A stretch of 64,000 nt of DNA from Nemertoderma westbladi (taxonomy: Eukaryota > Animalia > Xenacoelomorpha). The position numbers and the translations under genes are program-made. This document shows positions 55,891-64,000 of this stretch, one piece after another; position 1 is the stretch's first letter, and the number at the start of each line of letters is the position of its first letter. The stretch spans positions 46,108 to 110,107 of the forward strand of contig JAUCBJ010008953.1 in assembly GCA_032718475.1 (NCBI GenBank). Direction: 5' to 3'. The notes beneath the pieces are model-generated. The model was not told where the DNA came from. It did no database searches and saw nothing but the letters and a program-made list of their open reading frames with translations.

Positions 55891-57479
55891 AATATCTGTA
55901 AAAGCTTCTGTGGGATATAACTGGCCCCTTTGCTTCGCAATCCAGTTTCCCCCCAGGCGCTGGAATACTCTAAAAAAGGTTCTCTAACTGTATATATATT
56001 CCCCTCGCCCGCAAGGTACCGTTACAGGTGTTTTAACGGACATAAAAGTCATTCTGCTATATACGTGTTTTAGCGGACATGGTAAGGCAAAAAACCCGCA
56101 ATACGGCAAATACTTTTACACAGCTTAGCCGTGATGATTCAGATTACGACATCTAACAGCTGGTTGCTTAAATGGAAACAGCCATTGGACGCATGGTTCT
56201 TTGTTTGGCTTCAGCCAATCAGAGCGATTCTCTCTGTCGATGTGGAGCTTTGAGCCGATCATACTGGGATTGTTCAGTCTTACAGTTTTTTACTGATACT
56301 TTGTTGTTATTGCTGTCTAAGCCAGAAACAACGGCTCTAGAAAGAAACATTAGTAGGCTTAAGATTATAGAGCGTATGACTGTTATCGGTTCATAACAAC
56401 TCACATATCGGTCCATATCAGTGCATATCGCTGTACATATCTGTTCATATCATATCTTAACCTACCGTCTTAATGTTTTTACTGTTGTCATATCTTATAT
56501 CAGTGGGTTGAATATTATTTGGAGAACATTTATAAAGAACCCAAATTTCCCAATTTTCTTGATACACTACAAGTTAGAGAGGCGGGTTATATATATAGCG
56601 ATTGCGACTTATATTATTGTGGTGTGTATTGAATGTAATGCTATTTGATAAGCCCTACATGAGTCCGTTGCTATTCTCTTTATATATGATAAAATTCATT
56701 GACGGTCGGCAAATTAGTGAGCAGTATTGTGCGTTACCGGTAGTGTGCATGATTGTGGCTGATAACTAAGCATTTCCTAAAGAATGCGCCTCATACGTGA
56801 ATCATAAGCCTTACCGACTTACCGTTGTGATTAGTATAAGTCATATCTCTGTTTACTTAGGTAGAGCGCCACGTCCTAAAAGGAACTGTTAATATTTCCC
56901 GAAAGTGAATAATATTAGTCAGAAATTAATTATTAACGATCAATCGAATAATACAATACCGTAAGCTTCACTGCAATAATAATCTAAGCCGACAGAATCC
57001 AGCCTCCCGGGATTATCCAGCGGGTGAATGGACGCGCACTAGGCTGGCTTCTGCTAATGTTGTGTTTATTGGTATTAAATATTTGACATCTTCTAAAGTA
57101 TATTTATAAATCAAAAGACATATAAATTTTGGCAGGTTAAACTGCTAAAGGTCTTCAAAAGCGCGTACAATAACAGTCATTGACTTTATTGCAGTAAACA
57201 ATAAAGTTGAAAGTACCGGTCAACCGGTAAACCTGAACCGGTACATCTGTAGGTCAGTAGGCCCAACTGCCAGAACCGGTACTGCTGTAGGTCCGTAGGT
57301 CCAACTGCCAGAACCGGTACTTCTGTAGGTTTGTAGGCCCAACTGTCCTAACCGGTACTTCCAGTATAAGTACATTAGTATTATTTCGATTGTGATCTAT
57401 TGTATATTGTAGGCTGCCAGGGGAATAGGGATTGATCACCCCTCATTCTTTTGTATAGTTTACTATTTCTGTCAGTTTT

Positions 57480-58110
57480 ATTCCCTAGTAAGTTAATATT
57501 GAGCTGAAGACGTGTAAATCTGCTCAGATTGTTCAGATAATTGTAGGCTGAGCTGCTGTCTGACTGTTGTTGGGTTTGGAGAGATTGCGGCGTGTGTAGA
57601 GTTTGTCCAATAAAGTGCCAGTTAGTAAGTTGGGGCAACTTGAGTGTAAGGTCAATCCCCTCTTAAAGAATAAGTCGTACTACCGTGTTAGAACGCATAC
57701 TAACTAACCGTTTTGGAATCTGCACATACTGTAGTTTATTTAGGCTTGACAGTATTCTGCCAGTGTTTTGGCCTGTGTTTGTTTGTGTGGTCTGTTCAGG
57801 TACCGTAATAGTTATTACTCAGATATTTTGTAGGCTGGATTGTTGTCTAGCTATTATTAGGTCTGAAGAGATTGCTGCTTGTGTAGAGTTTGTCTGATAA
57901 AGTGCCAGTTAGTAAGTTGGGGCAGTCATAACTGTAAGGTCAATCCCCTCTTAAAGAATAAGTCGTACTACCGTGTTAGAACGCATACTAACTAACCGTT
58001 TTGGAATCTGCACATACTGTAGTTTATTTAGGCTTGGTGGTAGTCTGCCAGCGTTTGGTTTGTATTTTGTTTGAGTATTCTGTACGGGTAGCGTAATATT
58101 TATTATTCAG
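57480..58110. repeat. About 287-bp tandem duplication
   Basis: taaagtgccagttagtaagttggggca...tgtagtttatttaggcttg at 57611 and 57898. Confidence 0.85.
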
Positions 58111-59433
58111 AGTTTATGCGATTATTCGCAACATTCATGTCCCCAAGTTTATTCCTACAGTAATTGTGTTTGTTACACATACCGTTATAGTTAAATTAAC
58201 CCCGGTACTACACGGGCTGCTTGGCGTAGGACAAGACTGGTGACTTTGTGCTCTGGTCACTCCAGCAGATGCCGTGGTTCTTTTAACTGTTCAAGTATAT
58301 TTAACTACTGATTATTTGTTGTACTAGTACTTGTACCTAATTTAGGGTTTAGTGTACAGTGCTTTCCGAAAGTAATTAGTGTGTGGGCAGTATATTTGTG
58401 TTGTAAAGTGGTTAATAGGCACGCTGGATCTGGTAGTCCGCGGTAATTAACTTCTAGGTAGGAACACTCCGTGATACATAACGTAGTACCTATAGCGATA
58501 CGGTTATAGGTCGTCAGGCGGTGGTATTTTCCTATCTGGACAGTGCAATATATTTACTACTACTTATTATTTTCAAATACCGTAGTACCCTGTCCGTTGT
58601 AATAACCAGAATTCTAACCCTTTGTTAGACTGGTTTGTAGACTTCCTGTAAAATTACCCTAAAAATTCGTACGTAATATTTTGTTGTGTTTAATTAGAGA
58701 TTTAATCTCACCCGTATCGTAAGTAATTTGTAGTATTAAGTAACTTAGGTAAATTAGAATTATCTGTTTTAGTGTCCCATAAATAGCACTTCACTGAGAG
58801 CGCACAGCTTCTGTGTAGTGACCCCCCAGAAATAATAACATTTATTTCAAATATTGACAAAACCCTTTTAAACGGGTATATATATATTATAAATCAACTC
58901 AAACGATTTATAAATAGTAGGCCTGCCATACAACAACTAGGTCTCAAAATCAGTTGGACTACTGCTTAAATAACGGTAACAAAGTAAGTTAAAGTAACCA
59001 AGTAACCCTAAAATATTCAGAAATTCAATTATTCTAAAAATAATTGACATACCGGTATTTACCATAGGCTTATTATATTTATTTCTATAAATTTGAGCTG
59101 AAATCATACTGGTATTCTGTAATTAATTCTAGTTCATAATTATACTTATATATACTATAAGTGTAAGCTGCATATCGGTATTCACGATAGGCCTATTATA
59201 TATTTATATATAATTGTGCTAAAATTATATACCGGTACTCTGTGACAAATCTAGTCTGTAATAATACTTATATATATACTATAAGTATACCGGTATTCTA
59301 ATATATTATATATATATCACGCTACACTGAGTAGCAGTATCGGTAATTAATTGTTAGGCTAACAGTGATACTGAATTACTAGACTTACTTTAACTGTATT
59401 TATAGCCGTAGGCATTCAACTGTGTAAACAAAC

Positions 59434-61749
59434 ATGTCAGACGCAACCCAATCACTGTCAGATAGTCTCTTAGAAAGTGTTAGAATGAGTATTAGACTTA
59501 GACAGCGTATTAAAAGGATCTGTGACCAAGATCAAAGTATAGAACATCCCAGATCCAAGTCTAAGTCACCTACTATTGTAAAAAAGGCCATCCCTACAGT
59601 AGTAGTGTCAGACCCTAGGCTAGTAGAACAACGTAGGTCTATCATCGGCACTCGGGCCCAAGCCAAGCGGGATCAAGAAGCAGCTATCAAACAGCAGCAA
59701 CCTCCTAGCCAAGAACCTAGTTCTCAGCGGCCCGATAGCTCCAGTAGTTCGGATACTGTTGAGCGGACGCCCGAACGTGGAGCGAAGATGGCGGATACGG
59801 TTTATGATGAGCGGCCAACCTATGAAGAATCAGCCGACGCCACTTCTTCTCAAGTGGAAAGCGAGGTGGAAAGCGAAGTGGAAAGCGAATTAACAGCAGC
59901 AGAGAAGCCGCGAACTAGAGACGCCATTGACATCTATCTGTCAGACTATCAGCGATTCATAGGAGACGAAGAGTTGAGGAGACGACTGTCTGGACTTCGC
60001 CCTAATAGTGAAGGAACCAAGCTTGTGTTGGACGCAATCGATGCGGAAATGTTAGCTGCAGAACAAGCTAAATTTGATGAAAAACTCCGCCTCGTTAGAG
60101 TCCAAGAAGAACAAATAAAGAAAAAACAGATAGAGAACCGAAAGGCAGCAGCAGTAAAGGCGGCAGAAGCAGAAGCAGCAAAGGCGGCGGCAGAAGTAGA
60201 AGCCGAAAGAAAGGCAGCGGAAGTAGAAGCAAAAAGAAAGGCAGCGGTAGCAGAAGCAGAAAGAAAGGCGGCAGCGGCAATGGCAAAGGCAGTGGCAGAA
60301 GCAGAACGGAGAGCGTCTGAGGAGATTGCCCAACTGGAGTTGGAAAATCTGCAAGAGACGCAGGACGGCATAAATAGACGGTTAACTGCTAATCAAATGC
60401 GGATGATGAGTCGATCTACTCCCAAGCGCCAAGGATACACATCATCGGAGGAAGGCGAGACCACCGATCCTGAGGGCGGAGGAAATAGATCTCGTCTAAG
60501 CAGGCGTAGAAAAACATCTCACCGTCATAAACTGCCTGATTTGCCCCCAGCTGTCAGAAGACAACTAGCTAGCACAGACTTAGGTAGTACAGAACCCACA
60601 GAACAAATTATTCAGGTCACAAGACTCCCTACAATAGTTGATGAGCCTGAAATAATTAGGCCTGTCGTTCCCAAAGCCACTCCTGTGCTAGAGACCCCTG
60701 TACTTCCAGAGCTTAACTCTAAATTCCCTCTACACAGTACTACACTGCCTGTACCCGGTAGAACAGTCCATGAGAACCTCCCTGTCCTGGACGCCGAGAG
60801 AGAAATCAAGGATTTGTCTCCCGTCGTCCCGCGTCAGCCCGCTACAATGTTGGCGACTCCCGCTTCGGCGGTTGAGTGGGTAGAGGAGGGACGGCGGGGG
60901 ATGAATCTCCTGCTCGGACAGATGCAGGAGACTGTCCACCAATTTAAGGGAACAGTAAGGGAAGGTAGGGCCGAATTGCAAGAAGTGCAGCAAAGTATCG
61001 CGCTAGAACGCGACAAATTAGTCAACATACCAAAGGGTATACCCATACCCCCTGTAACATTGTGTCAACCTGTTAGGTCTGAAGTATTACATGCGCAAGG
61101 TGTGGAGCCTACACGCATCTATACTGCTAGTGAAGTAGAAACCCCTATAGCAAACCCTATTAAGGGTGATTATAGACCTGTTGTTAATGATGTTCCCTAT
61201 AGACCTGATAATGATCCGAGAAATTTATATACCGATAATTCGATATTAAATAACACGATGGCCCAAGAAAGCTTTACGCGTCAGATGGCTAGAACAGAAG
61301 CCCGCCAAGCGGTCAAAGTGGGAGAGATCGTTAAATTCAATGGAGATGAGATGAAATGGCTACCTTTCAATGAATATTACAAAGATAGCATACAAAACTC
61401 TGTACTATCTAACGGAGAGAAACTTAGGTTCCTCATCAAGTGCTTGGAAGGACCTCCCAGGTTAATGGCGTTAAAGTTTATTGGACATCCAGATGGATTA
61501 AGACAAGTTTGGGATACATTAAACATCAGGTATGGTAACAAAGATAACATAGCTAAGTATTTGTATGCAAAATTAGTAGCCCCCCGACACTTCCTTAGTA
61601 GCGGGATTATAGAGTTTTCCGATGAAATTCAGGAAATCTGTAGACAATTGGACTGGTTAGGTAAGTCTCATGAATATCAGAGTTCCATGGTTATTGGAGC
61701 AGTAGTCTCTACTTTACCCAAGGCCCCACCGTTTGAGTGCGTGTGCTGA
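59434..61749 (+). CDS. BEL/Pao-type gag ORF with long coiled-coil, low-complexity N-terminus (771 aa)
   Basis: aaacATG start. FNGDEMKWLPF...LSNGEKLRFLIKCLEGPP...WDTLNIRYG matches the DUF1759 pattern; Ala/Glu/Lys coiled coil. Confidence 0.8.
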   Translation: MSDATQSLSDSLLESVRMSIRLRQRIKRICDQDQSIEHPRSKSKSPTIVKKAIPTVVVSDPRLVEQRRSIIGTRAQAKRDQEAAIKQQQPPSQEPSSQRPDSSSSSDTVERTPERGAKMADTVYDERPTYEESADATSSQVESEVESEVESELTAAEKPRTRDAIDIYLSDYQRFIGDEELRRRLSGLRPNSEGTKLVLDAIDAEMLAAEQAKFDEKLRLVRVQEEQIKKKQIENRKAAAVKAAEAEAAKAAAEVEAERKAAEVEAKRKAAVAEAERKAAAAMAKAVAEAERRASEEIAQLELENLQETQDGINRRLTANQMRMMSRSTPKRQGYTSSEEGETTDPEGGGNRSRLSRRRKTSHRHKLPDLPPAVRRQLASTDLGSTEPTEQIIQVTRLPTIVDEPEIIRPVVPKATPVLETPVLPELNSKFPLHSTTLPVPGRTVHENLPVLDAEREIKDLSPVVPRQPATMLATPASAVEWVEEGRRGMNLLLGQMQETVHQFKGTVREGRAELQEVQQSIALERDKLVNIPKGIPIPPVTLCQPVRSEVLHAQGVEPTRIYTASEVETPIANPIKGDYRPVVNDVPYRPDNDPRNLYTDNSILNNTMAQESFTRQMARTEARQAVKVGEIVKFNGDEMKWLPFNEYYKDSIQNSVLSNGEKLRFLIKCLEGPPRLMALKFIGHPDGLRQVWDTLNIRYGNKDNIAKYLYAKLVAPRHFLSSGIIEFSDEIQEICRQLDWLGKSHEYQSSMVIGAVVSTLPKAPPFECVC

Positions 61750-63139
61750 ATTTCTAAAGAAATCCCCTGTAGACAGACGTACAGTCCTGTGGAATAAGCG
61801 GTTATGCTATAATTGCCTCAGATCAGGACACCAACGGCGAACCTGTTACTCCGACGTAAAGTGTGCAAAGTGTGGCGCGAAACATCACATCTTGTTACAC
61901 AGTGAGTTCAAACGAAACAACCAGAGTCAGGTAAGTGAGCCCGAACTACATGTCCAATTCAGTGATGTAAATGACACTGATCAAGAATCTGAGATGGAAG
62001 GATTCTATACTGACGAATTCTCCGACGCCAACGAATCCTGTTACCTAATCAATACCGCGGTGTATCGAGCACTTACTTACGAAAAAGACACCACCAATGA
62101 GTTTCCCCCAACTACTTTTGCCAAACAACCATCTTGGAAAGCTCCAACTTCCAACGTAGGAATCAGAGAATTTCCTGTAGTGCAGGTAAGAGTTCACGGT
62201 CCCAACAAAAGTTACATAGTGAACGCCCTCCTTGACTCCGGCAGCACAGGAACATTCATCAATCAAGAACTAGCCGAAGATATCTTTGCTGGACAACCCA
62301 AATTCCAAACTAAGTTGAATATGTCCGGAATTATGCAGGTTTGGAAATCTACCATAACGGCAGATTACTATGTAAGTGCGTTGTCCACCCCCCAGGATAA
62401 ATTAGGAGCACAAAGTATAAGGTCAGTAAAAATGGTGGCTATAAAGAACTTCGCTACTACCCAAGCAGACCTTTATAATTGGGACGAGGATGAGAGCATC
62501 CAACATCTTAAGATACCTCGATTCCAGACAGATTATCCTGGAGTGCAAATACTCATCGGCCAAAACGCGCATGAGGCGCTCGAGACATTGGAGAAACGGC
62601 CTGCTCAACCGCAGCCATTACAAACCTATGCGGTAAGAACTAGAGTAGGTTGGTACTTCACTGGCCCTTCCCGTAGAACTCTCAAAGAGAGATTACCTCA
62701 ACAACAGGTATACCAAGTAAAGGAATGGGAAGTGGAGAGCAGTGATGTGGGCGATCCAACTGAGGGAACACCATACTCCTCAGATAATGACGATATTAAC
62801 TCCAATGTAGATCAATGGAGACATTGCCTTGGGACGATTAATCCAGCCGACATCGCTTCCAGAGGAGCAACTCCTCAAGAACGGATAGATACTCCAGGCT
62901 GGTTAGGTGGATCCGACTTCTTAAGTAAAGAAGAAGAAGAATGGCCTCCTCATCTTACCACGGCGGAGGTTAGACAGGCCAAGGGAGCGGAGAAAGTAAC
63001 ACAACAACTCAATCGCCCAGCTAGTCGTTTATGTTTACTGGAAAGAGACCAAAAACTGTCCGGAAACTATGGAAGGCAAGATACTCTTCCTACGACCACT
63101 TCCCTAATCCGACAAATATCTAGGGACTCCATAACGTAA
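61733..63139 (+). CDS. BEL/Pao zinc knuckles plus aspartic protease plus short pol remnants (468 aa, +1 frame relative to gag)
   Basis: CYNCLRSGHQRRTC, CAKCGAKHHILLH, ALLDSGSTGTFI, ILIGQN, RTRVGWYFTGP, QWRH...NPADIASRG, RPASRLCLLE. Confidence 0.8.
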   Translation: MSACAEFLKKSPVDRRTVLWNKRLCYNCLRSGHQRRTCYSDVKCAKCGAKHHILLHSEFKRNNQSQVSEPELHVQFSDVNDTDQESEMEGFYTDEFSDANESCYLINTAVYRALTYEKDTTNEFPPTTFAKQPSWKAPTSNVGIREFPVVQVRVHGPNKSYIVNALLDSGSTGTFINQELAEDIFAGQPKFQTKLNMSGIMQVWKSTITADYYVSALSTPQDKLGAQSIRSVKMVAIKNFATTQADLYNWDEDESIQHLKIPRFQTDYPGVQILIGQNAHEALETLEKRPAQPQPLQTYAVRTRVGWYFTGPSRRTLKERLPQQQVYQVKEWEVESSDVGDPTEGTPYSSDNDDINSNVDQWRHCLGTINPADIASRGATPQERIDTPGWLGGSDFLSKEEEEWPPHLTTAEVRQAKGAEKVTQQLNRPASRLCLLERDQKLSGNYGRQDTLPTTTSLIRQISRDSIT

Positions 63140-63157
63140 TAACATATGGAGTGGGCG

Positions 63158-64000
63158 TGTGACTATATCATTTTATATTTGTTTTTATTTTACATTTATG
63201 TATGTATTATTATGTAATTTTATTATAATCGTTTTATTTAATTTTATTTAGTAGAATGTTATTTTTAGTGATTATGTAGTAGATTAGTGCAATATATTAG
63301 TGTTTATTACATACGTAATTACTTATAATATATTTAGTGCGACGGCGAGAAAACAATTATTTTTCTCTTTCCTTACTGTCCGTATCATATTATAAATACG
63401 TGACTACAGTAAGATGAAATATCCGTACTTCTTAAAGTACAATAAAGCCACTACTATATTTAAGTATTATTGGTAGGCAGAGTATTAGGAATGCAAAGTT
63501 CAGATCCTCGTGTCTCGGCTAAACCAAGCTCTGGGTAGACCTTGGAAACGACTTGCCTCTTCACACTGACATTGCTTCGTGCGATATTGCTCTTCTACCT
63601 TATATTAAATAATACATATAGTAGCGTGATGTCCCTCTAACAGTAGCGTAAAACGCAAATAAATCTGTTAAACTTTTGACCATCTGTAATTCTAGTCGAT
63701 TAAGATATCGTGGCACCCACCGATATACTTGAAAGACAAATTCTAGAATCAGTGGTTAACGTCCCCAGACAAGCTCTGGAATAAATCGGTGCCCATCTTA
63801 AATATTAATTTAATATTTATTAAAATCTGTAAAATTCAGATCCGTTAACAATTCTAGTCGATTAAGATATCGTAGCACTTACCGATACTCTTAAAAGACA
63901 AATTTCATAGAATTAAGGATCCTATGTCCCCAGACCTGCTCTGGAATCAAGTTGTGTCAATTTTAACATCAAATAATAAAATTCACGGGAATAAATTCAA
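63158..64000 (+). mobile_element. Putative 3' LTR of the + strand BEL/Pao element (end not defined)
   Basis: ggagtgggcg followed by TGT just after the ORF stop; AT-rich; internal direct repeat aattctagtcgattaagatatcgt at about 63688 and 63850. Confidence 0.45.

Larger units (their letters stand above)
52570..55920 (-). mobile_element. BEL/Pao LTR-retrotransposon derivative (truncated gag, disrupted protease, putative PPT and 3' LTR); left boundary uncertain
   Basis: Gag ORF 55890-54949 (ALDREYG, LPIWLRNKW, CHRC..GH...C knuckle). Protease motif MLVDSGA at about 54885-54905 and IIVGMD...TPFGWMLSGP. Purine tract gaggggggtgggaa is followed by TG at 53706. Confidence 0.8.

Noticed and set aside
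53994-60993. Antisense ORFs over the gag and protease regions
   Set aside because: Shadow frames of the retroelement ORFs with no motifs.

Overview
Eukaryotic (animal, AT-rich, probably marine-invertebrate) genomic DNA. The main gene is a minus-strand CELF1/2 (Bruno/CUGBP/ETR-1 family) RNA-binding protein. Five coding exons (47706-47667, 47330-47172, 42670-42570, 22505-22343, 15045-14746) splice in frame through GT-AG junctions and encode RRM1, RRM2 and the start of the Q-rich linker; RRM3 is not recognisable in the window. The introns are inflated by satellites (45-bp about 13.9 kb, 34-bp about 5 kb, 35-bp about 7 kb, plus 61/33-bp, 84-bp and 315-bp arrays), MITEs, and a DINE/HINE-like element carrying a decayed RTE-type LINE. 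The most striking observation is that the 35-bp satellite is about 200 tandem copies of the RRM2 exon's last ~29 nt plus its 5' splice site, so the intron is an array of live and dead donor sites. The 45-bp satellite also carries two GTGAGT motifs per unit on the transcribed strand. Upstream lie two divergent BEL/Pao-derived gag-protease elements lacking RT and integrase cores. All calls were made by eye, without database searches, and copy numbers are length divided by unit size.
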